In this document: piece after piece, positions 20,146-29,213 of the stretch
How the letters are laid out: every line of letters starts with the position of its first letter
How positions within the stretch are numbered: the stretch's first letter is position 1
Assembly: GCA_040388985.1 (NCBI GenBank)
Contig: JAZKAU010000002.1
Coordinates: 119,642-183,641, forward strand
Source of the DNA: Patescibacteria group bacterium
Lineage (GTDB): Bacteria > Patescibacteriota > Minisyncoccia > Phycocordibacterales > Phycocordibacteraceae
Direction: 5' to 3'
DNA: 64,000 nucleotides
Position numbers and translations under genes: made by a program
The notes under the pieces: generated by a model
The model's database searches: none
Told to the model about the DNA's origin: nothing
The model's input: the letters and a program-made list of their open reading frames with translations, nothing else

Positions 20146-21025
20146 CGTGAGGAACGAGCGCAGTAAAGGCGATCGAGAGGAACTCGATACTGACTTCTCG
20201 ACCGACCTCGACCGTTTCGCCGTCAAGGATTATAGGCACATCACGGTCGGAGGATACGACGACTTTCTTGGTGCGGATTACCTCGACGCGCTTTGCTTCT
20301 CGCCATCCCTTGAATGCTGCAGCAGTAGCAAGCGCAAAGACTTCCCCCGCGTCGTTCACGTCTATAACCGCGGCCTCGAATACCTCACGGTCGTCCGCGA
20401 GTCCGCTTGAAACGAGCGGACAGGTAACCGTGAGCGCTTCGACGTCTCCCTCAGTGGCGTCGTTAAATCGGTAATGGATCTTCTCCGCAAACATGCGACT
20501 CATCGCGACTTTTCCGTATTCGACCACGCCTTTGATATCGCCCGCGCGCAGCGCCTCACGAGCATCCGCCCAAAGTGCAGGCGCGCCGCATATAGCCGAG
20601 ATGAAAAAACGATGCCCCGCCACTTCCCCACCCGAGACTTGTTTTGTCACGGGATTCGCGAGAACGCGGCCAAGTATCTCCTGCCACGTACCGCCTCCGT
20701 AGAGAGCCCTCGGAAGAATATTCATCGTGCCGCCCGGAAGCGGAATAAGTAACGGTCCGTCTGCAGTACAGAGCTCAGCTGCGCTGCGAATCGTGCCGTC
20801 TCCGCCGAGGACCACAAGCACATCAAGGTCACGCTTCTCTACCTCTGCGAAGGCCGCAGGCAACTCATTGGAATCTCCGCACCAGATACGAACAGGCTTC
20901 AGGCCGTATGTCTGGAAGATAGCCTCCATCTCTGGTACGGACTCGTTCGTGCAACTCCCGCTCGCGGTATTAAGGACTGCGCCTATCTTTCGAGTACGCA
21001 GGTCTACCGCAGCAGGTTCGTTCAT
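20129..21025 (-). CDS. diacylglycerol kinase catalytic-domain lipid kinase (YegS/BmrU family)
   Basis: VLGGDGT and PLGTMN-like motifs (LVVLGGDGTI...PLPGGTMN); good SD (AAGGTGG) before the ATG. Confidence 0.75.
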   Translation of the reverse strand: MNEPAAVDLRTRKIGAVLNTASGSCTNESVPEMEAIFQTYGLKPVRIWCGDSNELPAAFAEVEKRDLDVLVVLGGDGTIRSAAELCTADGPLLIPLPGGTMNILPRALYGGGTWQEILGRVLANPVTKQVSGGEVAGHRFFISAICGAPALWADAREALRAGDIKGVVEYGKVAMSRMFAEKIHYRFNDATEGDVEALTVTCPLVSSGLADDREVFEAAVIDVNDAGEVFALATAAAFKGWREAKRVEVIRTKKVVVSSDRDVPIILDGETVEVGREVSIEFLSIAFTALVPHDEVLS

Positions 21026-21138
21026 TCACCCACCTTACCAGGTTCACGTGAAGCGTTCATTAACGATCGAATCAACAGACCAAGTAACTTACATTGGATA
21101 TATTTCGAACGTCATGCAAATCGGGCTACAATAGGGCG

Positions 21139-21903
21139 ATGAAAATCGTGTCATGGAATGTAAACGGCTTGCGGGCCGTACACCGTAATGGTTATTGGGA
21201 AGCATTCCTGCGTGGCACGAAGCCTGACATTTTCTGCTTCCAAGAAGTGAAAGCCGAGCCGGATCAATTGCCTGACGAAGTGCGCGAAGTAGGCGGCTTC
21301 TCTTCCTTCTTTTCCCCTTCTCTCACCAAGAAAGGCTACAGCGGCGTCGCGCTCTATTCCCGGATCGAGCCACTCTCGGTCATATACGGCATGGGAATCA
21401 AGGAGTTCGACGAAGAAGGGCGTTTGATTGGCGCAGAATATGATGATTTCTGGCTTCTCAATATCTACTTCCCCAACGGTGGACGTGGGCCCGACAGACT
21501 TGATTTCAAGCTCCGCTACTACGAAGCCTTCCTTGCCTTCTGCGAAGGACTACGTAAGAGCAAGCCAGTGATATTCTGCGGCGACGTTAATACCGCACAC
21601 TTCCCTATCGACCTTGCACGTCCGAAGGAAAATCAGAACACGACCGGCTTCCTGCCCATTGAGCGCAAATGGCTCGACGAAGTCGTTGGAGCTGGGTATG
21701 TGGATGTCTTCCGACACTTCCATCCAGAGCAAAGCGAAATATATAGCTATTGGGACAACTTTACCCATGCGCGCGAGCGCAATGTGGGATGGCGCATCGA
21801 TTACTTTTTCGTAGCACAGGAGTTCCTTAAGCACATAAAGAAAGCGGAAATACACGTTGATATTTTCGGCTCCGATCACTGCCCCATATCTATAATCTTA
21901 TAA
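21139..21903 (+). CDS. xth: exodeoxyribonuclease III (AP endonuclease)
   Basis: MKIVSWNVNGLRA...FQEVK...GYSGVA...SDHCP EEP-family motifs; starts at the internal ATG. Confidence 0.9.
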   Translation: MKIVSWNVNGLRAVHRNGYWEAFLRGTKPDIFCFQEVKAEPDQLPDEVREVGGFSSFFSPSLTKKGYSGVALYSRIEPLSVIYGMGIKEFDEEGRLIGAEYDDFWLLNIYFPNGGRGPDRLDFKLRYYEAFLAFCEGLRKSKPVIFCGDVNTAHFPIDLARPKENQNTTGFLPIERKWLDEVVGAGYVDVFRHFHPEQSEIYSYWDNFTHARERNVGWRIDYFFVAQEFLKHIKKAEIHVDIFGSDHCPISIIL

Positions 21904-22308
21904 AGGACACTTATCCCCACAAATGTCCTTTACTCTGTCCTATACAAGCGTAGTATCAGTAAAGGAAGGGGAGCGGCAAGGCTTGTGAAGGGTTTGCCGG
22001 TTCCCGAAACCGGCTGATCTTTGTTGTTCTTTGTTCTCTATCAGGCGCATGTAGTGTGGTATCTCTAACTCTCTACTTACATCTTCGGGATGATTCCCTG
22101 ATACTTAAGCGAGCTAGACAGTGATGTAGGTTCCACGTGAAAGCGCAGTTTACACAAGCCGCCAGGACCATATCTCCCGGAGGCCACCAATTCTTGCCCC
22201 CGCTCAATATTTGGTCTCCTGTGCTCGGTCTCAAGCAGCTTACGACAAAGAGGTCGCAGTGAGTGATTTCAACAGATTGGAATCCCTCCCTGCGGCCTCT
22301 TTTCTTTT
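21904..22308 (+). ncRNA. candidate structured non-coding RNA region, unidentified (~400 nt gap between convergent genes ending in an intrinsic terminator)
   Basis: No credible ORF; ends with hairpin gaggtcgcag...ctgcggcctc followed by TTTTCTTTTC. A non-coding gap of this size is unusual in this compact window. Confidence 0.25.
22250..22308 (+). terminator. rho-independent terminator-like hairpin with U-tract
   Basis: 10-bp stem (one G-U), 30-nt loop, then tttcttttc. Confidence 0.45.
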
Positions 22309-22376
22309 CACATGAAACAGGAGCAAAAGTGCCGTAATCGCTAGCGATTACGGCACTTTTGCTCCTGTTTCATGTG
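22309..22376. repeat. perfect 68-bp palindrome (33-bp arms around a central ctag)
   Basis: cacatgaaacaggagcaaaagtgccgtaatcg|ctag|cgattacggcacttttgctcctgtttcatgtg equals its own reverse complement; 20 nt downstream of the cca stop. Confidence 0.8.
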
Positions 22377-22396
22377 GAACTATCTATGGGAAGCCT

Positions 22397-23863
22397 TTAG
22401 CAAACGTGGTGCTTGGACATAATAGCGTTAATCTCCTCCTCTTCCTTTTCCTCCCGTTTCTTCTTACCGGAATCACCCAGTTCCTTAAGTTCTTCATCTG
22501 AAAGCTTTAGCAGAGTCTCTGTCTTAGAGTCCAAATATTCAGGAGTATTCTTTGTAGGGTCTTCCAGTACTTCCTCCAGAAGGGCACTAAGAACCCAGCC
22601 GATTCTGGGACCTGGTTTCATGTGGAACCTATCCATGATATGGCCACCATCGGTCTTAAGCATGCCAACTGAAATAGGATCACGGAGAGCCTCCTCAACC
22701 ATGGCCTTATATTTACGGAACCTGAAAGGCTGCTCTTTAGGACGTCCCGTACCTATGCGGTCGCAGATACGTAGATTAAGCAAATCCCATATATTCTCCT
22801 CTCCCACATTCCGAATCACGCGCCGAACAGCCGAAAGGGTAATCTGGTCAGGATCTGAGAAGAACATATGCCAACGCACCAGTTTAGTCACTTTTTCTAT
22901 AGTTTCACGTGAAAAGCGAAGCTCCTCAAGGGCCTTCTTAGTGACCCGGGCGCCAACAACCTCATGTCCGTGAAAGGTCCAATCATTCTTTTTCTGCTCG
23001 AAACGTCTTACTGCAGGCTTTGAAACGTCATGAAATACAGCCGCAAGGCGAATATCAAAGCTCCAGCCTTTGTCCGCCGCATGCTGAAGAGACCGCATGA
23101 GATGTCCAAAAACGTCATAACTGTGGGCCTGATTCTGCTCTATGCCGATTCCGCGCGTAAGATCACGCGCAATGAATTCCAAGAGTCCGAGCTGCTGGGC
23201 GAGTACAAGTGCCATCATCGGCTGATCGGAATTGAGAATACGAACGAATTCATCACGTACTCGCTCTCGTGAGATATGGCCCAGATTCTGGGCCTTTTGC
23301 TGTATGGCAGCGGCCGTATCGGCGTCTAGTGCAAAGCCGAGCTCAGCCACCAGACGCACTGCGCGCATGAGCCGGAGAGCATCTTCCTCGAAGCGTTCAG
23401 TAGGATTTCCGACCGTCCGTAGCACCCGAAGCTCGATGTCCTTTTGTCCTTTAAACGGATCGATTATCTGTCCTTTAGATTCATCGTAGGCGACAGCGTT
23501 TATCGTGAAGTCCCGACGCGCCAGATCTTCCTCAAGGCTCTGTCCGAACTCCACCGCGTCAGGTCGTCGCTTATCGCTGTACTCGCTCTCCGTACGGTAG
23601 GGGGTAACCTCGATCACTTTCAATCGATCATCCTCGGTCTCGCGCTTAACCCCTACCGTTCCGAAGTCGTTGGTGTAGAACGACTCAGGGAATATGCGCT
23701 GGATATCTTCGGGCTTCGCGTTCGTCGTTACGTCCCAGTCCTTTGGGGTTCGATTAAGAAAGAGGTCGCGTACACAGCCGCCTACCAGATACGCTTCGAA
23801 TCCCGCTTCTCGCAGTCCTTCCGCAACCTGTCGTACTTCGCTGGGGACTCGGAATTCCATCAT
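22397..23863 (-). CDS. cca: CCA-adding tRNA nucleotidyltransferase with HD domain
   Basis: GGCVRDLFL...DWDVTT polymerase-beta motif; C-terminal HD phosphohydrolase region; 488 aa. Confidence 0.85.
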   Translation of the reverse strand: MMEFRVPSEVRQVAEGLREAGFEAYLVGGCVRDLFLNRTPKDWDVTTNAKPEDIQRIFPESFYTNDFGTVGVKRETEDDRLKVIEVTPYRTESEYSDKRRPDAVEFGQSLEEDLARRDFTINAVAYDESKGQIIDPFKGQKDIELRVLRTVGNPTERFEEDALRLMRAVRLVAELGFALDADTAAAIQQKAQNLGHISRERVRDEFVRILNSDQPMMALVLAQQLGLLEFIARDLTRGIGIEQNQAHSYDVFGHLMRSLQHAADKGWSFDIRLAAVFHDVSKPAVRRFEQKKNDWTFHGHEVVGARVTKKALEELRFSRETIEKVTKLVRWHMFFSDPDQITLSAVRRVIRNVGEENIWDLLNLRICDRIGTGRPKEQPFRFRKYKAMVEEALRDPISVGMLKTDGGHIMDRFHMKPGPRIGWVLSALLEEVLEDPTKNTPEYLDSKTETLLKLSDEELKELGDSGKKKREEKEEEEINAIMSKHHVC

Positions 23864-23918
23864 TCAAATACTAGCTCGCAGCTACCTTTTCGCCTAGCGT
23901 GTAGTAAAGTGCTTATAC

Positions 23919-23990
23919 GCTCCTGTGGTGAAATGGATATCACAACAGTCTTCGGAACTGTCGTTCCAGGTTCGAATCCTGGCGGGAGCA
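23919..23990 (+). tRNA. tRNA-Arg (anticodon TCG), no encoded CCA
   Basis: Manual fold: acceptor GCTCCTG/CGGGAGC, D-arm GTGA..TCAC, anticodon loop CTTCGGA, T-arm CCAGG-TTCGAAT-CCTGG, discriminator A. Confidence 0.8.
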
Positions 23991-24010
23991 CAGAAGGAGG
24001 TGAGTCAGGT

Positions 24011-25396
24011 TTATCGCTTAACGACCAATCGCTGCAGAATCAGGCCTGCGACGATCACTCCGATCGATGTGTATGCGCTCAAGTGAAATGGTGCCGGAAT
24101 CGTGAAGAGAGCTAGCTCCGCCACTATCCAGCAGGCGGCTATCACTATCACCGGCATACGCCAGAGACCCAGAGAGAATGTATCTGGAGAGGGAAGCTTT
24201 TTCATGTTCAGTGCAAAGCTCAGAATAGTTATGAGGTATACCAGCGAGAGTAATATTATAGTCGTCGCATACAGCGCCGTCTGTCCGTAGGCGAATACGA
24301 TAAGTAATATCTCGATTGTGGCTACGAATATGGCTGCATTTGCCGGTACGCCTCGTCCCGAGACTTTCTTCAGGATGTGCGAGCCGCGCGTGGCCTCGTC
24401 TCGTGCCATGGCGAACGTCAGACGCGCTGCATTAGTAATGACGAGAAGGCCTACCGCCAGCATCGCTATGAGGACGCAGACTAGGAATATATACGTCGGT
24501 ATCATGCCCAAGTGATAGAAGAATATGCTCGAGACAGGATCAACTTCACTGGCGATAGTGGCTGCGTTTGGAATCGCAAGCGTAAGGATCAGCAAGAAGA
24601 TAAAGCCAAGGATGGCTGAAGAAGAGACGGCAGCTATAACACTCTGCGGCGCAGTCCGGCGGGCATTAAAGGTTTCTTCCGATACGTCAGAAGGAGCTTC
24701 ATAGCCGAATATCGTCCACGCCGCGAGAAGTCCCGAGATAAAGAACGCTGGCAAGTACGGAACGGGGTCGTGAGGAATGGTAGTGAGAAGGGCAAAATGC
24801 AAGCCACCATGTAGTACGGATGCGATCACGAGCGCCGTGCCGAATACGACGAGGGCTATCATCTCGATGATGACCGCATACCGGTTCAAGAGACCAGCGA
24901 AGGCTATGCCGTATATGTTTATGAATAGCTGGACGAGAACGATACTGATACCAATGACCTGCACCGTACCCGGACTGAACGTGTGGCCGAGCAGGGAGCC
25001 CAGAGGCGCCATCATGGCCGCTATGAGGCCGACGCCGGCGACCGCATAGCCGAAGATCGTAAGCCACCCTGCCTGCCACCCGACGGAATGCCCGCTCATG
25101 CGGGTATTCCAGTTATAGAGAGAGCCGGTAAGAGGAAGACGCCCTGCTATCTCAGCGAATACCAGCGCGACGAACATTTGACCGACAGCAACGATTGGCC
25201 ACGTCCAGATGCTGAAGGGTCCGGCCGATGCAAGAGCGAAGCCGTAGTTCGAATACACTCCCATTAGGACTGACATGAATGAAAAGGCAGCGGCGAAAGA
25301 AGCGAATCGGGTAAGCTTGCGACGCAGTTGGGGCTGGTATCCGGAATCAAGGATGAGCTGGTCATCTGCAGAGACTCTCTCGAATTGTGTTTCCAT
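24011..25396 (-). CDS. APC-family amino acid/polyamine permease
   Basis: 461 aa, 12 predicted TM helices, amino-acid permease-like N-terminus. Confidence 0.75.
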   Translation of the reverse strand: METQFERVSADDQLILDSGYQPQLRRKLTRFASFAAAFSFMSVLMGVYSNYGFALASAGPFSIWTWPIVAVGQMFVALVFAEIAGRLPLTGSLYNWNTRMSGHSVGWQAGWLTIFGYAVAGVGLIAAMMAPLGSLLGHTFSPGTVQVIGISIVLVQLFINIYGIAFAGLLNRYAVIIEMIALVVFGTALVIASVLHGGLHFALLTTIPHDPVPYLPAFFISGLLAAWTIFGYEAPSDVSEETFNARRTAPQSVIAAVSSSAILGFIFLLILTLAIPNAATIASEVDPVSSIFFYHLGMIPTYIFLVCVLIAMLAVGLLVITNAARLTFAMARDEATRGSHILKKVSGRGVPANAAIFVATIEILLIVFAYGQTALYATTIILLSLVYLITILSFALNMKKLPSPDTFSLGLWRMPVIVIAACWIVAELALFTIPAPFHLSAYTSIGVIVAGLILQRLVVKR

Positions 25397-25544
25397 GCCC
25401 GTACCCTACGTTCAGGGCGTTATATTAGAAGGACATGTCTGCATTCAGTATATTTTCACCACAATAACGAATAAAAACAGTTAATTTGACTATAATTTTG
25501 TCAGAATAGTTGACATAAAATGGGTGGTCCCGGAGAATGATGGG

Positions 25545-26282
25545 ATGGATATGGCGATTTTCAAAGCCCTCGGTATAGACGAAAAGGCTGCCGCTATCTA
25601 CCTTGCCACTCTTCTCCTTGGAACCACATCCGTACAACACATCGCCAGAAAATCGGGCCTCAAACGCCCGACCGTCTACTTGCACTTAGATGACCTTATT
25701 AAGCAAGGCTTGATCGAACATGTCCCGCTCCATAAGAAGAACTATTACCGGGCCACTGACCCCGTGGTAATCGAAGAGCGTTTAAAGAAGAATCTGTCTA
25801 CATTCCAGGCGCAAATGCCGAGGATGCAGTCCTTGCGAGCCGACACGATGGGGAAGCCGCAGGTACGGCTCCTCGAAGGGCAGGAGGGCATAAAGCAGGT
25901 CTACGAGGAGATACGGAAGACTAACAGCTTCAGAGTCTGGTCGAATGTCGGTCAGGAATATGGTCCGTTCCACAATACCTATATGGAGCTCGCCGAAACC
26001 ATCAAGGAGCAAGGGATAGGAGTGCGGGAGATAAGCGCGAATACCAAGGAATCTCGGCGCTATATACGCCTTATCGCCAAAGTCGCCGGCCCATCCTACA
26101 GCGTCCGCATGGCCACCGTTGATGGCATAGAGAACGATACGATCATATATGGGGATGTCATCGCATTGTTCCGCCTACCTGGCTTGAATCAATTTGTGGT
26201 GCGTATTGAGGACAAGACCATGGCCGATACTATGCGCGCCATGTTCGACATGGCCTGGAAGACGGCGCGACCTTTCAAATAG
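25545..26282 (+). CDS. TrmB-family winged-helix transcriptional regulator, paralog 1
   Basis: N-terminal HTH (IFKALGIDEKAAAIYLATLLLG...IARKSGLKRPTVYLHLDDLIKQGLI); C-terminal F..MAW motif shared by all seven paralogs. ORF M1 at 25524 is GTG, so the start is placed at an internal ATG. Confidence 0.7.
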   Translation: MDMAIFKALGIDEKAAAIYLATLLLGTTSVQHIARKSGLKRPTVYLHLDDLIKQGLIEHVPLHKKNYYRATDPVVIEERLKKNLSTFQAQMPRMQSLRADTMGKPQVRLLEGQEGIKQVYEEIRKTNSFRVWSNVGQEYGPFHNTYMELAETIKEQGIGVREISANTKESRRYIRLIAKVAGPSYSVRMATVDGIENDTIIYGDVIALFRLPGLNQFVVRIEDKTMADTMRAMFDMAWKTARPFK

Positions 26283-26331
26283 AACTCGAGGAATTGATGA
26301 AACGCCCAGGTTGTGAGAATATATACCCGTT

Positions 26332-26402
26332 GCGGGTATAGTTTAGTGGTAGAACGTGACGTTGCCAATGTCAAAGCGGGGTTTCGATTACCCCTACCCG
26401 CA
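26332..26402 (+). tRNA. tRNA-Gly (anticodon GCC), no encoded CCA
   Basis: Acceptor GCGGGTA/TACCCGC, anticodon loop TTGCCAA, T-arm GGGGT-TTCGATT-ACCCC, discriminator A. Confidence 0.85.
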
Positions 26403-26431
26403 CTCGAGTTTAGACAGGAAGCATAATGCGA

Positions 26432-26875
26432 TTAAGTAGAGTCCGATTCTCGGCGTTTCAAACTTACGCCTATTCCTGCATTTTCAGAGACATACTTAAT
26501 AGCCTTAGAAAGTAGCTCAGGCTTATCTTTAAACTGCCCTAGTCCTATATTGCAGTTGGAACAAAGTAAGCCTCGAACGACCATGGTTTTATGGCAATGA
26601 TCCAGAACAGGCCTCTTCATAGGGTTTTGACATATACCGCAAAGCCCTCGCTGCCTCTCAAACAAGTCTGCATATAGCTGTCTATGTGGCCCGGCAGTTC
26701 CAAATTTTTGGTTTAGCTTTTTATCCTCAAGACATTGTATGCAACACACTCGGCCCTCTGCCGAAGGATTTTTCGTGCAACTTGGACAAATACCCTTCTC
26801 CTTAAAAGCAGCCTTCCGGCGTCGCTGGTACGCTAAAAAATGTTGTCTTTGTTCCTCGGATTTCCAAGCGCTCAT
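26432..26875 (-). CDS. recombination endonuclease VII family protein (phage T4 endo VII-like)
   Basis: LDHCHKTMVVRGLLCSNCNIGLG motif matching Endonuclease_7 (DHxH...RGLLC..CN); multiple CxxC; 147 aa; adjacent to tRNA-Gly. Confidence 0.65.
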   Translation of the reverse strand: MSAWKSEEQRQHFLAYQRRRKAAFKEKGICPSCTKNPSAEGRVCCIQCLEDKKLNQKFGTAGPHRQLYADLFERQRGLCGICQNPMKRPVLDHCHKTMVVRGLLCSNCNIGLGQFKDKPELLSKAIKYVSENAGIGVSLKRRESDST

Positions 26876-27032
26876 ATTGCTTATATATCCACAATATACT
26901 TCTGTGGAAATAAGAAAAGGGGAAAAGTCTGTTAGTACTGGGGATAAAGGACAAATATTTTAAAAGATATTTATAGGGGCTTTAGGGATATTTTATAAAA
27001 TATTCAGTAAATACAAGCTATTCTTAAAGGCC

Positions 27033-27428
27033 GTGGAACTCAGCAATTCTTCACGTAAGGACATCGGGAACCTCGGAGAGCAGATCGCGGCCGAATATCT
27101 GCGTCGCCGCGGATTCACCGTCGTCGACCGCAATATCGTCCGAAAGACCGGCGAGCTTGATGTGGTAGCGCGCAAGGGAGACGTACTCCACGTTGTCGAG
27201 GTGAAAACCGTGCTCTGCGACAGCTTTCCGAACGACGCAACGAGCGACGACCAGTACGATCCGTCCGTGAATTTACACGCGCACAAGATTCAGAAAGTCG
27301 CGCGGACCGCCGAGTGGTATGTCGCGAGCAAAGACTGGAAAGGGGAGTGGCAGGTGGACGGTATCCTGGTCTGGCTACGCGCGCACGATGGCTTAGCCAG
27401 GGTCCGCTATTTCCCCCAAATCCTCTAG
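27033..27428 (+). CDS. YraN/UPF0102 family endonuclease-like protein
   Basis: GNLGEQIAAEYLRRRGFTVVDRN...GELDVVARKGDVLHVVEVKT matches YraN; GTG start. Confidence 0.7.
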   Translation: MELSNSSRKDIGNLGEQIAAEYLRRRGFTVVDRNIVRKTGELDVVARKGDVLHVVEVKTVLCDSFPNDATSDDQYDPSVNLHAHKIQKVARTAEWYVASKDWKGEWQVDGILVWLRAHDGLARVRYFPQIL

Positions 27429-27629
27429 GACACCTCCCAAAATACCCATCTACTTTGTTGCTCGCTCCGTTGCTCCCTCACCGTATAGCCCAATACGCCT
27501 CGGTACGCTCCTCACTCGCGCCTCGTAGCTGAGCATTTTTGAAAGTGTCCTGATTAGACCTTATATAAAAACCTGATAGAATAGGCAAAACAGGGGGTTC
27601 GAGACCATCTCGGTTCCCATTCTGTCATT

Positions 27630-27700
27630 CGGGGTGTCGTATACCGGTAGTACGACTGCTTTGGGAGCAGTTAGACGGGGTTCAATTCCCCGCACCCCGA
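27630..27700 (+). tRNA. tRNA-Pro (anticodon TGG), no encoded CCA
   Basis: Acceptor CGGGGTG/CACCCCG with C1:G72 and discriminator A, the bacterial tRNA-Pro hallmark; anticodon loop TTTGGGA with G37; T-arm CGGGG-TTCAATT-CCCCG. Confidence 0.75.
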
Positions 27701-27911
27701 CAAATTAGCGAGCGCAGCGAGACAATTTGTCGGGGCGAGCAGGCAAACTGCTTTGCCTGAGTCGGGGAATTGAAAGGCGGAACATGTCTGAGGCTCTGCG
27801 AGGACAGTGAGCCGGGGTGGCGGATACTTAGCGAGTCTTCGAGCTTAGTAAACCGTGACCAATCCCCGCACAATTTAATAAGCAGCAGCCAGTTCTCCAA
27901 AATACTAAGTA

Positions 27912-29003
27912 CTAGTCCGCAACAATCTCCCCACCCTTCACCTTCGGGAAATACACATTCGGTACTCGCAGTCCTGCGTTGTCGAAGTATACGTCTCCAT
28001 CTGCACCGACGAATCTTGCGTCTTTCATATTCTGGATCCACTGCATAGAATCCTTGCTGTACGTCTTAGCTAGAAGCTCAAAGGAGTCGTACCCGACTTC
28101 TGAGCCGAACGGGGGCTGCTCGCCATATTTAGCCACATACTGCTTAGTAAATTCAGCCGTAGGTGCGTTATTGGAAGCCGATACGATACTTCCTTGGATT
28201 CCCGCCAGATCGCTACCCAGTACTGCTTGATATTCTGGTAGTCCCGACTGGATACTCTGATCGAAGACGAAGTACGGGCGAGTGGCAGCAGTTGTAATCG
28301 TGAGGATCTCTTTCACGAGCAGTGCCCCGTCTCTCGGAGCCATGAATAGGCAGACGACATCAGGCTTTGACGCGACTATCGCTAAAGCTTGAGAACGGAT
28401 ATCACTTACATCGCTACCAATATTGAATTTCGGCACGTTCCCGCCATACCCGTCGTTGAAGCCATTATAGAAGTTCTGATACACGGAGGTGGAGTTGCTT
28501 ACGGCCGCTACCGGTTTCTTGTATCCGAGTCGCCTTACTTCAATGCCAAGCGCGTGCTGGACAGGGTTAGCTGCAGGGACTACCTGGAAGATATTGTCAT
28601 CTTCGGCGGGCTCCGTTTGCTCAAAGCCGAGTGCAACCGGCTTCTTCTCCGTATGAACGGCGTCATATATGACGTCTATAGTGAATGTCGTAAGCACCGC
28701 GTATGCGTCAGGAGCATTGAATTCTTGAAGCTTTTTGTATGCGGAGAGTCCGGTCGTCGAATCGAAGTGATCGTCCTCAGTCGTTGCTTCGAACTTGAGA
28801 TCATGAGAACCGTTCCACTGCTCTAGTGCGAGATTAAAGCCCTTCACATATCCCTCCCCAACCGCAGCATACTGACCGGTCATGCCGGCAATGACTCCTA
28901 GATGAACCACGGATGCTTCCTTCTTGTGGCCGATAGAACTTACGGCATAGGCAAGTATGCCAAGAATAACGATTGCGACAGCAACGACCAGAAGTTTCTT
29001 CAT
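27912..29003 (-). CDS. ABC transporter substrate-binding protein, LivK/branched-chain amino acid-binding type (orphan, no permease adjacent)
   Basis: N-terminal signal anchor, periplasmic-binding type I fold motifs (GVIAGMTGQYAAVGEGYVKG); 363 aa. Confidence 0.7.
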   Translation of the reverse strand: MKKLLVVAVAIVILGILAYAVSSIGHKKEASVVHLGVIAGMTGQYAAVGEGYVKGFNLALEQWNGSHDLKFEATTEDDHFDSTTGLSAYKKLQEFNAPDAYAVLTTFTIDVIYDAVHTEKKPVALGFEQTEPAEDDNIFQVVPAANPVQHALGIEVRRLGYKKPVAAVSNSTSVYQNFYNGFNDGYGGNVPKFNIGSDVSDIRSQALAIVASKPDVVCLFMAPRDGALLVKEILTITTAATRPYFVFDQSIQSGLPEYQAVLGSDLAGIQGSIVSASNNAPTAEFTKQYVAKYGEQPPFGSEVGYDSFELLAKTYSKDSMQWIQNMKDARFVGADGDVYFDNAGLRVPNVYFPKVKGGEIVAD

Positions 29004-29213
29004 AAATATAAGGGTTAGGGAAGTAAAGGCGCACGGAGATTCTTTACTTATGTGGGCAATCCTGGCGTAGTTATATTATAACGTCAAGTATTTTGTCTAA
29101 AATATGAGCATCAAATATCGCAAAAACCTTCATTCTATAAGGTTGTATGAAAAACTTGCTACTTATCATCAAAATTATTGACTATTTTATAACAATGCAT
29201 ACACTTCAAATAT

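Noticed and set aside
23444-24115. 223-aa plus-strand ORF spanning the cca upstream region and tRNA-Arg
   Set aside because: It overlaps a cleanly folding tRNA-Arg and the 5' end of cca on the other strand; there is no SD and no motif.
27588-27612. tRNA T-arm-like sequence cagggggttcgagaccatctcgg upstream of tRNA-Pro
   Set aside because: Only half of a T-stem pairs and there are no acceptor or anticodon arms. At best it is a decayed tRNA fragment, mentioned under the integrative-footprint finding, not a gene.
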